This document shows positions 1-10,263 of a DNA stretch of 64,000 bases, one piece after another; position 1 is the first letter of the stretch; each line of letters begins with the position of its first letter. The stretch is from an uncultured bacterium. GTDB lineage: Bacteria > Babelota > Babeliae > Babelales > JACPOV01. The DNA lies in contig CAVUUR010000009.1 in the NCBI GenBank assembly GCA_963744715.1, positions 1-64,000 of the forward strand. Direction: 5' to 3'. The notes beneath the pieces are model-generated. The model had not been told where the DNA came from and ran no database searches. It saw only the letters and a program-made list of their open reading frames with translations. The translations under genes and the position numbers were made by a program.

Positions 1-420
1 TTGTTTTGTAATAGCTAAAGCTCGTTACGTATTGCTAGCGAGATCTACGCATTAATAAGTTCATCGGCACGATCTGCGGCCTGGGTTATGAAATATAGAG
101 TCTTGCCTGTAAAATAAAATTTTCTCGTGCTGTTGCGCTGCGTTCTGAAGTCATCTTATTGCTAACGTATCCAATATGCGTACGTACCATATCACTGTCC
201 TTGATAAGATCAAGGCCAACGATAGTTGCCGCACCTGACGTTGCTTTTAATAAGGTTGTCAGGATACGCATGGTTGTTGTTTTACCGGAGCCATCTGGTC
301 CCGAAAAAGCCAAAAATTTCTCCCCGATAGACAACAAGATTCATGCCATTAACCGCGGTAACGGTTGTTGGGCCAGCACCGAACATGTTTTAAATTTTTC
401 ACTTCGATAATAGGATGCAT
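1..420 (-). CDS. ABC transporter ATP-binding protein (DrrA/NodI-like), frameshifted, runs off the left edge
   Basis: Manual reading from ATG at 420 gives MHPIIEVKNL...AVNGMNLVVYRGEIFG, then Walker A GPDGSGKTTT and ...IGYVS; several indels. Confidence 0.75.
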
Positions 421-652
421 CAGAAGCCTCTTGAAAAATTTAATAATATAATAGAATAATAAATAATGAAATAAAGGTCAAATGAGGAATGGATAACAGC
501 ATATTTAGAGGAATATATATTGTGTCACGTGAAGATAGGTGTCTGCAGTTTTGTGGAGAGAGAAAATGATTTTTAACCCGTAGAACAGATCAAAAAATCT
601 TATTTGAAAATTATTTGATTACTACAAAATAATCTTTATTGATGCCACTCTT

Positions 653-1051
653 CTATAGAGCCTTTTTCGTTCCTAGTGCCTTTTGCTGTTTTTCTATTTT
701 TTCTTGATTGTCATACCATTGAGTGTAACAATCCCAGTGGGTCATTACATTCTTTTTTTTAATTTTCCTTCAAAGCAAAAGTTTCTAAATGCTTTCCAGG
801 CATCGTTTTTTACATTAGATTTTTTACTACGAAATAATACATGATATTTGGCCAACTTTCATAACGCCATTTTGCTACCGTTTTATAGGGTATTTCATGG
901 AATACAAGCGCGGTCCATTCAGTTGAAAGATCAAATCCCATAAAGTCTACAACATCATGTCGCTTTTCATAAGCTGTTCGTAAAAGGTATCAGCTTGTTT
1001 TTTGGTAATTTTCTTTTCATATACTTCGCGTAAAATGTCTCTTTTTTTCAT
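653..1051 (-). CDS. putative immunity protein, copy 2 (frameshifted; not in ORF track)
   Basis: Manual translation across frames: MKKRDILREVYEKKITKKQADTFY...FMGFDLSTEWTALVFHEIPYKTVAKWRYESWPN...NVMTHWDCYTQWYDNQEKIEKQQKALGTKKAL; paralog of 1222..1579. Confidence 0.7.
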
Positions 1052-1060
1052 TTTTTACTC

Positions 1061-1213
1061 TTAAATATCAAGTTTTTTATTTTTTAGCGGGGGTTTGTAA
1101 AATTTGTTTGTTTGAGGATCTATCGAACCAAGGTGTCTTTTTGACTTATCATATGCATCTACATCATTATGTAAATCATTCCACTTAATATACTCTGCAC
1201 CATCAATTCCATA
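1061..1213 (-). pseudogene. orphan toxin C-terminal cassette (colicin E3-like RNase tip)
   Basis: Manual translation YGIDGAEYIKWNDLHNDVDAYDKSKRHLGSIDPQTNKFYKPPLKNKKLDI*, clearly homologous to the C-terminus of 1728..2771. Confidence 0.8.
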
Positions 1214-1221
1214 AGATTCTT

Positions 1222-1579
1222 CTATTTTTCTTTATCGTTATACCATTGAGTGTAACAATCCCAATGAGTCATTACATTTCTTTTCAGTTTTCCCTGAAAG
1301 CGGATATTTCTAAATGCTCGCCACGTATCATCTTTAACGCTAAATTTTTTACCACAAATAATGCAGGTATTTGGCCATCCTTCATAACGCCATTTTGCCA
1401 ATGTTGCATAGGATATATTGTGCAAAACAAATGCGGTTGCTTCTGTTTGCCAATCTAAACCCATAGTGCCAAAAATGTCTGTTTGGCCACTTGCAATAAC
1501 GTCATTGTAAAAGATATCAATACATTTTAGGGTTATTTTTTTTTTCATAAAGTTCACGTAGAATATCTTTTTTTTTCAT
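1222..1579 (-). CDS. putative immunity protein, copy 1 (CxxC...HxxC), one frameshift in a homopolymer near 1536-1546
   Basis: MKKKDILRELYEKK joins KITLKCIDIFY...KWRYEGWPNTCIICGK...THWDCYTQWY; lies directly downstream of a toxin gene. Confidence 0.7.
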
Positions 1580-1717
1580 ATTTTGTATAGGTTTATAAAG
1601 TTTTTTTGTTCGAGGATTAACTGAACCAATGTAGTTTTTAAATTTATTATAAACCTTTATTACATAGTGAGTATTCGGTATTGATGCAGTTGGTCCCGAA
1701 ATATTTCTTTTTTTCAT
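1580..1717 (-). pseudogene. degenerate toxin-tip fragment in frame with the start of immunity copy 1
   Basis: IKVYNKFKNYIGSVNPRTKKLYKP aligns with VEAYNVSKRHLGSIDPQTEIIYKP of the full toxin. Confidence 0.55.
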
Positions 1718-1727
1718 GTATTAACTT

Positions 1728-2771
1728 TCAAATATCAATCGTTCTATTTTTTACTGCCGGTTTATAAATTATTTCAGTTTGAGGGTCGATAGATCCTAAG
1801 TGCCTTTTTGATACATTGTATGCTTCTACATCATTATGTAAATGGTCCCATTTAAGATATTCTGCACCTTCCATTCCATTAGCATTTTTCTTTTTTCGGT
1901 AAATTCCTTCTCGTAAATATTCATAATCCTCTTTCGCTTTCTTAACAAATTCTGTTTTAGAGGTACTATTTACTTTGCGTTCTTTATGCTTATCATGATC
2001 TTCGTTAGCTTTTTTATGTTGCTTGTCATTCTTGTCTTGATTATTATTATCGTTTTTTTCGTTACTATTATCATCATCTTTTTTTGGCGGTTTACCATTC
2101 TTCTTTTTTTCTTTTTTAGATTTGGAATGTTCCCTTTTGTCTTTAACATTATTTTTTTCATGAAAACCGGCGGTCAAGGCAACTTCAGCACTATGTCTTT
2201 TGAATAATTTTGCGCCCAAAATACTACCAAGTGCAATTATGCCTGCCGTAATACCAATTTCAAGACCTTCACCAAAAATCCAAACGGCTACTATTGATAT
2301 CACGGGAGCAAAATTATGCACGGGAATGTGTAACGTTGATACGCAAAAAGTATGATAATCTGCTACAGTAATAGTATAAACTTCTATTTCTTCATCAACT
2401 TGATGTACTATGCATGGTGCTATAGTATCATTGCAACCCAGATAATCAGTAATATTGCTGGCATTAATCCATCTTTTTTCTTGTGATACATATATTTTTT
2501 GATTAGGCGCTGTTCCGATACACTGATTACCTACAAAAATTTGTATATAGTTTTGAACGCGTTTTTTGGATGTATAAAGAATAGGCTTTTCAATGTAATT
2601 ATTACTAAAGTCGTAACACAGGATTTTATCGTTTATCTTTAATTGCTCTATGGGTATATAGCCAGTTGGGGTTTTAACCTTAGTTCCTGCAACAAAACCT
2701 TCGCCCATGAGCATATTGTTTAAACATGCATTGATTACTATAAAGATAATAAAGTGCTTGATACTCCTCAT
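1728..2771 (-). CDS. polymorphic toxin: signal peptide, Hint domain, hydrophobic segment, K/D/N-rich linker, colicin E3-like RNase domain
   Basis: Hint motifs GFVAGTKV..PIEQLK.ND and VYTITVADYHTFCV..VHN; C-terminal LKWDHLHNDVEAY...HLGSIDPQT matches colicin E3 cytotoxic-domain pattern YEWDSQHGELEGY...HLGSFDPKT. Confidence 0.85.
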   Translation of the reverse strand: MRSIKHFIIFIVINACLNNMLMGEGFVAGTKVKTPTGYIPIEQLKINDKILCYDFSNNYIEKPILYTSKKRVQNYIQIFVGNQCIGTAPNQKIYVSQEKRWINASNITDYLGCNDTIAPCIVHQVDEEIEVYTITVADYHTFCVSTLHIPVHNFAPVISIVAVWIFGEGLEIGITAGIIALGSILGAKLFKRHSAEVALTAGFHEKNNVKDKREHSKSKKEKKKNGKPPKKDDDNSNEKNDNNNQDKNDKQHKKANEDHDKHKERKVNSTSKTEFVKKAKEDYEYLREGIYRKKKNANGMEGAEYLKWDHLHNDVEAYNVSKRHLGSIDPQTEIIYKPAVKNRTIDI

Positions 2772-2968
2772 AAACCCACTTTCCTTTTTTAATAAAATAG
2801 ATGAGATACCGAAAAAAGATAATTTTAGAATGGACTATACTATTTTTAAAAAACTTTTTCTAGAACTAAAAAGAGCCGTTAATTATTCATTAAATTTGAT
2901 TTTTTTTGATTATGGGAAATGTTGAGAATTTTTAGAAAAAATTACAAAAGATGAAAATAGTAAGCTAG

Positions 2969-3020
2969 CGTAGCAAATATCATGAAAACATACTTATTAT
3001 TTTTTATAATATTTGCTACG
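2969..3020 (-). terminator. hairpin downstream of lon
   Basis: Perfect 12-bp inverted repeat cgtagcaaatat / atatttgctacg about 30 nt after the lon stop. Confidence 0.5.
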
Positions 3021-3047
3021 TAGATAAGAGTATACAATAGTGTTAAC

Positions 3048-5417
3048 CTATTTTTCAGTTTGCTCAGGCATTAAAACGTGTTTAATCACTTCATCGGCGT
3101 GAGTTACCCAAATAACATTAATATCCTTGATGATATCTTCAAGGCCAATGAGATCATGTTTATTTTTATGCGGTAAAATAATATGAGGAACATCGATTTC
3201 TTTTTGCTGCCAATATTTTTTCTTTTACGCCGCCAATAGGCATAACATCACCATGTAAATTTAAGTTCACCAGTCATAGCATAATTAGCATTAATTGGCC
3301 GTTGGGTAAGTGCTGAAAGAATTGAAGAAAGCATGGTAATTCCAGCAGAAGGGCCATCTTTTGGTACTGCCTCCCGCAGGAACATGAATATGTAAATCAT
3401 AGTGCGTAAACATTTTAGTATGTAATGTTAAATTCTTTTGCATGTGCGCGTGCATAACTCAATGCTGCTTGAGCAGATTCTTTCATGACGTCACCCAATT
3501 GGCCAGTTAAGATTAACTTTCCTTTGCCAGGCATAATAACTGCTTCAATTTTAATCATTTCGCCGCCATAAGAAGTCCATGCAAGTCCATTAGTAATACC
3601 AACTTGATGATCTTTGCTCATATCATCTTCAATAAATTTACGTGGTCCAAGATAGTGTTCTAAATTATCCGGTGTAAAGTCAATAACTTTATTTTCTTCA
3701 ACAATAGATCGTGCTGCTTTAGAACATAATTTACGCATTAATACGTTCTAATTGTCGCACGCCAGATTCTCGTGTGTAGTTGACAATAATATCTCGTAAT
3801 AACATCATCACTGAAATGTTATATTATGATCTTCAAGTCCAGCATCTTTAATTGCTTTTTTGATCAAATGTTTATTGCTAATGTGTACTTTTTCTTCAAG
3901 GGTGTAACCAGAAAGTTGGATAATTTCCATACGATCACGTAATGGTTCAGAAATAGTATCCAAAGAGTTTGCAGTTGCAATAAAAATTACTTTTGAAAGA
4001 TCAAATGGACTCCCAAATAATTATCATAGAATGTTTTATTTTGTTGTGGATCTAAAACTTCAAGCATGGCTGCTGATGGATCACCTCTAAAATCAGCACC
4101 AATTTTATCAAGTTCATCAATAATAATAACAGGATTACATGATCCAGCTTTGCTAAATCCTTGAATAAATCGTCCTGGCATGGCACCAACATAGGTTCTG
4201 CGGTGCCCACGAATTTCAGCTTCATCTTTTACGCCGCCTAGTGAAATCTAAAATATTCGCGGCCTAAACATTTTGCAATGGATTTGCCAAGAGAGGTTTT
4301 ACCAGTTCCTGGAGGACCAACAAAACATAAAATTGGGGCGTACCCATCTTTTTTAAGTTTCTAATTGATATAAAATCAAGAATTCGTTCTTTAATATCTT
4401 TAAGCCATAATGATCTTCATCAAGAATCTTTTTTGCATGGTTAATATCAAGATTATCAGTCGTATTCTTTGCCCCATGGCAATGCCAAAAATCCATTCTA
4501 GATAGTTGCGTGTTACCGTTGCTTCCATTGAATCGGCGGAGGTTCGTTCAAGGCGATTTATTTGCCGATGTAATTTCTGTTTGTACTTCATCTGGCAATG
4601 GGCAAAGCTGCTAATTTTTCACGCATAGCTTCTATATCTTCAACATCATCTTCGCCAAGTTCTTTTTTAATTGCTTTTAATTGTTCTCGTAAATAGAATT
4701 CTTTTTGTAGATTTATTCATTGATTCGCGTGCATCGATTTCTTAATCTTTTCTTGCACTTCTGCAACTTCAATTTCTTTACTTAAATAGATATAAGTGTT
4801 TCAAGAAATTCTTTAAGCGTGGTTCTTTTCGAGCAAATCTTGTGCATCGTTCTACATTTAAATTAAGATGAGAAAGGATAAAGTCAGCAATTTTTTCAGG
4901 ATCTTGCATTTTGGATAAGAATAATATGAAAATCAGGACTAAATGATTGCCCTGCGCTAGCCATTTGTTCAGCCATTTCTTTAATATTTTTTATTTGAGC
5001 ATTAACTTCAGTATCTTCTTGTTGATCAGTATACTCAATAATTTCTACCTGTGCATTGAGCATACTCTCATTCAGCCATAATTTCTTGAGCAACTCGGCT
5101 TTACAAATTCCTTGAACAAGAATTTTTACGCCACCTTCAGGAATTTTGACTAAGCGCATAATAGATGCAACAGTACCTATTGATAAAAGATCTTGTGTGC
5201 CGATTGCTCCTTCATAATTATCGAGTTGTTTTTTTGAAGCAAAAGCATAAAACAATTTGGATTCATCAATCGCTTTATTGATGCCTTTAATAATGCTTTC
5301 ATCAAGCACGAGGAGTGGAACAATCATATGAGGAAATACCACAACATCCATAGTAGGGATGACCGGAAGTATCTCTGGAATAGTATTTTTTATCGTTTTG
5401 TTATATGCGGTTTTCAT
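3048..5417 (-). CDS. lon: ATP-dependent protease Lon (multiple frameshifts, probably assembly errors)
   Basis: LON N-domain ([15 protein letters not shown]), AAA+ motifs ([25 protein letters not shown]), protease domain ([31 protein letters not shown]). Confidence 0.95.
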
Positions 5418-5612
5418 TACCTCCCCCTTATTTATATTTTACATGAAACACCGTATAATTTTATAGAAGATATAAATAATTATAGGTGTATACATTGTAT
5501 CCCTACTAACCATTGTAAAAGATGCGTAATTTTAAAGACAAGAATTCCTACGTAATCCTTAATAATCTTTGGTTTCAAGATCTTTTTGTGTATTAATAAA
5601 CAAGGAAGTTTA

Positions 5613-6287
5613 ATGACCATAGAATCACTTTCTATGCATGATGTGCATAAATCATTTTTAAAAGGATCCATAGTTATGCCGGTATTACAAGGTATAACTA
5701 TAATCTTTAATCGAGAGTCCCGTTATGCTATAACCGGTGTTTCCGGTTCCGGTAAATCAACGATACTTCATCTTTTAGCAGGGCTTGAAATTCCGACGCA
5801 AGGAAGGGTGGCATTGTGTAGTGAAAATGTTGATCAGATTTCTACGTTACCATCTTACAATATCCTTAGGAATCATATTAGCATTGTATTTCAAACACCT
5901 TGTTTGATTAATGAATTGACGGTAATAGAAAATATTGCACTAAAAGCATTAATAGCCGGTTATAATAAAAAAGAAGCTTATAAAAAAGCCTATGAGCTTC
6001 TTGATTATGTTGAACTTGCTCACGCTGCCGATCAACCGCCAGCGGTACTTTCTGGTGGCCAACAGCAAAGAGTTTCGTTGGCGCGCGCCCTTGTGACCAG
6101 ACCGGCTTTTTTATTAGCCGATGAGCCTACGGGTAATCTTGATGAGAAAACAGGAACGGTTATTATCGATCTTTTATTAATGTGCCAAAAAAACTGGAAT
6201 ATGGGATTAATTATAAGTTCGCATGATCCCTACCTTGCCAGTAAAATGGATGTCGTTGCACATCTTTCGGATGGAAAATTATGTTGA
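5613..6287 (+). CDS. lolD: ABC transporter ATP-binding protein, LolD/FtsE-like
   Basis: [35 protein letters not shown] before ATG 5613. Confidence 0.7.
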   Translation: MTIESLSMHDVHKSFLKGSIVMPVLQGITIIFNRESRYAITGVSGSGKSTILHLLAGLEIPTQGRVALCSENVDQISTLPSYNILRNHISIVFQTPCLINELTVIENIALKALIAGYNKKEAYKKAYELLDYVELAHAADQPPAVLSGGQQQRVSLARALVTRPAFLLADEPTGNLDEKTGTVIIDLLLMCQKNWNMGLIISSHDPYLASKMDVVAHLSDGKLC

Positions 6288-6321
6288 GCATCATTAAAGG
6301 ACGATAAGAAAGGATTTATTT

Positions 6322-7974
6322 GTGCTTACTAAACAATTGATTATAAAAAAAACAATAGCCGTTGCCAATTCTACCATGATCAGCCGGTTGTTAGGCCTTA
6401 TAAGAGAAGCATTAATGCTCAATTATTTAGTGCCCGGTATTGTTACTGATGCCTTTATAACGGCGTTTAAAATTCCTAATTCTCTGCGAAAAATTTTTGC
6501 AGAAGGTGCATTAAGTGCGGCATTAATCCCTACGTTTGTTACGTTGGTTAAGCGGGATAAAAAGAAAGAGATAGATAGCTTAATGAGCTTATCGATTATT
6601 ATTTTTGAAGGCATTCTATTATTAGTATGTTGCCTGATTTTTTGGAAAGCCCAAGCCGTTATTCGGTTTATTTCCCCTGGATGGTATTGTAGTTCTTCGT
6701 CACAAGAATTTACCTTTTTTGGCATCTCATTTATAGATCGCGCACTAGCAAGCTGTATAGCATATGTATCCTATGCAGGAAATCCAATGCCCATTGTTGA
6801 TTATACGGTTTCATTTTTGCGCATTTTAATTTCATTAATTCTTTTTTTATCAACGAGTGCTTTGTTAGCAAGTGCTTTGCAGGCAGTTAACCATTTTTTT
6901 GTTCCTGCATTTGCACAGGTGGTACTTAATATTGTTTTTATTATTGGGCTCATTGTTTGCATAGCCTATTGGCTACCCGTTACGTATCTCTGTTATTTTA
7001 TTCTTTTTGGTTGTTTTTTGCCCTTTGTATTACATGTTATTACGTATGTCAAATTAGGTTTTCGGTTGGGAGTCATTGATACTACTACGTGGCATAATTT
7101 TAGAAAAGTTATGCATAAATTTTTGCCCTGCTTATTGAGTATGAGTGTTATGGAACTGTATCTATTTGTTGATACCAGTTTGGGATCTTTTTTACCTGAA
7201 GGTTCAATTTCTCTCATTTATTATGCTAACCGATTTATGGGGATCCCATTAGGCGTTTTTGCCGTAGCTTTTTCAACTATTTTATTGCCACATTTTGCAC
7301 ATATTGGTGTATATGCACCTAAGCGGTTAAGTTTTTATTTGCTTGAATCGGCAAAACTTATTTGGTGGGTAATGGTGCCGGTTTCATTATTTTTAGGGTT
7401 TGTTGCTGAAAAACTTTTTTCAACCTTATCGAGTAAATTTTCACCGGCACATGTTCACGAAGCCGGTTGGATTTTAATTGCCTATGTACTGGGATTATTC
7501 TTTTTTTCACTCAATAAAATTTTGCTCAACCTTTATTATGCATTGCATGATACCACAATTCCGTTATATATTTCCGTAGTAGCTACCATATTGAATTTTT
7601 GTTTAAGTTACTACCTTTTGATGCCATTATATGGGGCGTATGGCATCGCTCTTGCAACGACCATTTCTGGTATTGTACAAACAATATTATTTCTTGTTGG
7701 ATTGCATTATTATTTTGGTTTTAAACTGTATTTACAACGGTTTGCTTATTTTGTTGGAGTTTATAGTATTCAGTTATCCTTAGGTTCTGCACTATTTTTG
7801 CTGTTATATTATGGCATAGAAGGATTAATCCATACATTACCAGTAAACATCGCACATTTTTTTCTTGTTACCATCGGTTATTGGTTTTGGGTGATGCCAT
7901 TAACCTTGCTACTATTTTTTATCCTTTTTAAGACGCGCAAACGATGTGCAATAGAGTTGTATTTTTTAAATTAA
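6322..7974 (+). CDS. murJ: lipid II flippase MurJ (MviN)
   Basis: SRLLGLIRE, AFKIPNSLRKIFAEGALSAALIP, YYANR..GIPLGVF, many TM helices. Confidence 0.95.
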   Translation: MLTKQLIIKKTIAVANSTMISRLLGLIREALMLNYLVPGIVTDAFITAFKIPNSLRKIFAEGALSAALIPTFVTLVKRDKKKEIDSLMSLSIIIFEGILLLVCCLIFWKAQAVIRFISPGWYCSSSSQEFTFFGISFIDRALASCIAYVSYAGNPMPIVDYTVSFLRILISLILFLSTSALLASALQAVNHFFVPAFAQVVLNIVFIIGLIVCIAYWLPVTYLCYFILFGCFLPFVLHVITYVKLGFRLGVIDTTTWHNFRKVMHKFLPCLLSMSVMELYLFVDTSLGSFLPEGSISLIYYANRFMGIPLGVFAVAFSTILLPHFAHIGVYAPKRLSFYLLESAKLIWWVMVPVSLFLGFVAEKLFSTLSSKFSPAHVHEAGWILIAYVLGLFFFSLNKILLNLYYALHDTTIPLYISVVATILNFCLSYYLLMPLYGAYGIALATTISGIVQTILFLVGLHYYFGFKLYLQRFAYFVGVYSIQLSLGSALFLLLYYGIEGLIHTLPVNIAHFFLVTIGYWFWVMPLTLLLFFILFKTRKRCAIELYFLN

Positions 7975-8060
7975 TGTACGAATAACTATTTCTTTGTGGT
8001 ATTGGAATCGCATAGAATAATAATTAAATGTTTTCTATATCTTTTAAACGTAGGAAAGCA

Positions 8061-8492
8061 ATGAATTTTGAATTTTCGGCTGGTGTAGTAGTATATATTC
8101 AAACTGAACAGGGCAGAGAGTATTTATTATTACATTACGAGGCAGGGCATTGGGATTTTCCTAAGGGGCATATAGAACAAGGGGAAACCAAACATGAGGC
8201 TGCACTACGTGAATTGCAAGAAGAAACAGGCATTGCTGATATTACTATAATTGATCATTTTGAAGATTCATTTACCTATTTTTTTAAAAACCCTCAAACG
8301 CATGTTCTCATTAAAAAAACCGTTTATTTTTTTATCGGACGTTCTAGCTCAAAGCAAGTTACACTTTCCGACGAACATGTAGGATACGAATGGCTGCCGT
8401 ATGAACGTGCACATGAGCAGTTAACCTATAAAAATGCTAAAGAATTGCTAGCTAACGTTGATGAATTTTTACAGAAGAAAAAGCTGGAATGA
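8061..8492 (+). CDS. NUDIX hydrolase, Ap4A hydrolase-like
   Basis: Nudix box GHIEQGETKHEAALRELQEETG; HWDFPKG and LSDEH motifs. Confidence 0.85.
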   Translation: MNFEFSAGVVVYIQTEQGREYLLLHYEAGHWDFPKGHIEQGETKHEAALRELQEETGIADITIIDHFEDSFTYFFKNPQTHVLIKKTVYFFIGRSSSKQVTLSDEHVGYEWLPYERAHEQLTYKNAKELLANVDEFLQKKKLE

Positions 8493-8571
8493 TCGTAGAT
8501 CCTTGGGTTACAAAAGATAAAAATATAGAAGCAACGTTAACCAAAGTACAAGCTTTTAATGCAAGATAACT

Positions 8572-9564
8572 TTACTCTTTTTCTAATGGCTGTTTCATCA
8601 ATTCATGCACAAAATCATCAATTTTTTTATTATTAACAATAATGTTATAAACCCCTGAACAGATAGGAAGTTGCAATGATTTTTGCTGCATCAATTGGTG
8701 TAACGAAGTAACGGTGTTAACACCTTCAGGAATAAAACCGGTTTCTTGAATGGTAGTATCCAAAGATTTCCCTAATCCCAATTGCCTGCCAACTTCACGG
8801 TTGCGACTTTTTCTGCCCATGGCGGTTAACACAATATCACCAAGGCCAGCGAGTCCATAAACTGTTTGGCTATCGCCACCAAATGTTGCTATAAGAGTGG
8901 CAATTTCTTGTAAACTACGGGTTAAAACGTAACATTTGGTATTATCACCATATCCTGCACCATCGAGCATCCCAATTGCCAACGCAATAACATTTTTAAA
9001 GGCACTGGCGGTTTGAACACCAATCATATCGGATGCAAGATAAGGTTTGAAATAATCATTGGCTAAAAGTTTCTGTAGATAATTACCAAAAACTTGTTCA
9101 TGTGCCGCTAAGGTTACGGCAGTTGGTTGCTTGTGTGCAAGTTCATGTGCAAAACTTGGTCCGCCTAACACGGCCTTGCTTATTGGCAATTGCGCAACTT
9201 GATCAACAATCTGGCTAGGAAATAATAAAGAATCATTTTCGATCCCCTTGCTTAATATAACCCACGATTGTTTTGATGTAATATACGGTTTAAATTGCAT
9301 AATAATAGTGCGCAAAAATTTAACCGGAATTGCTTCAAAAATAAGATCAACAGAATCCAAGGCTTGCTGTGGATTAACAACGGGAATAATTTTTTTATCT
9401 AATATAATGCCCGGCAAATAACGATTATTGATACGATTTTTTAATATATCTTCTTGCAATGTTTTGTCGTGGCACCATAATAATACTTCTCTATTATTTG
9501 CTGCCAATAATGTTGCAATTGCAGACCCCCAAGCACCTTCGCCAATAACTGCTACACGTTTCAT
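8572..9564 (-). CDS. gpsA: NAD(P)H-dependent glycerol-3-phosphate dehydrogenase
   Basis: GEGAWGSA, SKGIE, GGPSFA, KNVIA, GLAGLGD, SRN; ATGA overlap with uppS. Confidence 0.95.
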   Translation of the reverse strand: MKRVAVIGEGAWGSAIATLLAANNREVLLWCHDKTLQEDILKNRINNRYLPGIILDKKIIPVVNPQQALDSVDLIFEAIPVKFLRTIIMQFKPYITSKQSWVILSKGIENDSLLFPSQIVDQVAQLPISKAVLGGPSFAHELAHKQPTAVTLAAHEQVFGNYLQKLLANDYFKPYLASDMIGVQTASAFKNVIALAIGMLDGAGYGDNTKCYVLTRSLQEIATLIATFGGDSQTVYGLAGLGDIVLTAMGRKSRNREVGRQLGLGKSLDTTIQETGFIPEGVNTVTSLHQLMQQKSLQLPICSGVYNIIVNNKKIDDFVHELMKQPLEKE

Positions 9565-10247
9565 GTTCCAAAATTCCTTTGGCATGCTTTAAAATTTGAA
9601 CAGGCGGTTTCCAGATCATGTTCGGTAATATCGGGCCAAAAACAATCGAGAAAATATAATTCACTATACGCACTCTGAAATAACAGGAAATTACTAATTC
9701 GTTTTAATCCACCGGTGCGTATAATCATATCCGGTTCAGGAATACCTACCGTCCACAATGACTGATTAATGGTTTCGTCAGAAATATCATTTTCTGAAAG
9801 AATGCCTTGTTTAATTTGATGAATAATATTTTTAATACCGGAAACAATTTCTTGCCGAGCTCCGTAACAAAATAAAAAATTAAGATTGAGTGCTGAACCA
9901 TGTTTTGTTTGTTGCTCAACCTGTTCTATGATGGGCTTAAGTTTTTCAGGAAACAAAGAGCGATCGCCGATAAAGCGAACACGAATATTTTGTTCAATAA
10001 GATTGTGAATTTGATGTTGTACCTGGTCGCTTAGTATATCAAAAAGATAGGAACGTTCTTCTACCGGTCTTTTAAAATTTTCAATTGAAAAAGTATACAA
10101 CGAAAGATAGGCGATATTATTTTTTAGACAAAAATTAACGGCCTTTTTAATTGATTCAACACCATGCGAGTGGCCTAGCCATGGTTTTAATCCTTGGCCA
10201 TGTGCCCATCTGCGATTGCCATCCATGATAATAGCTAAATGTTGCAT
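9561..10247 (-). CDS. uppS: undecaprenyl diphosphate synthase
   Basis: HLAIIMDGNRRWA, FSIENFKR, PDMIIRTGG..RISNFLL. Confidence 0.95.
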   Translation of the reverse strand: MQHLAIIMDGNRRWAHGQGLKPWLGHSHGVESIKKAVNFCLKNNIAYLSLYTFSIENFKRPVEERSYLFDILSDQVQHQIHNLIEQNIRVRFIGDRSLFPEKLKPIIEQVEQQTKHGSALNLNFLFCYGARQEIVSGIKNIIHQIKQGILSENDISDETINQSLWTVGIPEPDMIIRTGGLKRISNFLLFQSAYSELYFLDCFWPDITEHDLETACSNFKACQRNFGT

Positions 10248-10263
10248 AGAAGCACTCCCAACA

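Noticed and set aside
2313..2699. Classical mobile intein
   Set aside because: No homing endonuclease, no Cys/Ser1 and no +1 nucleophile; context is a toxin, not a conserved host gene.
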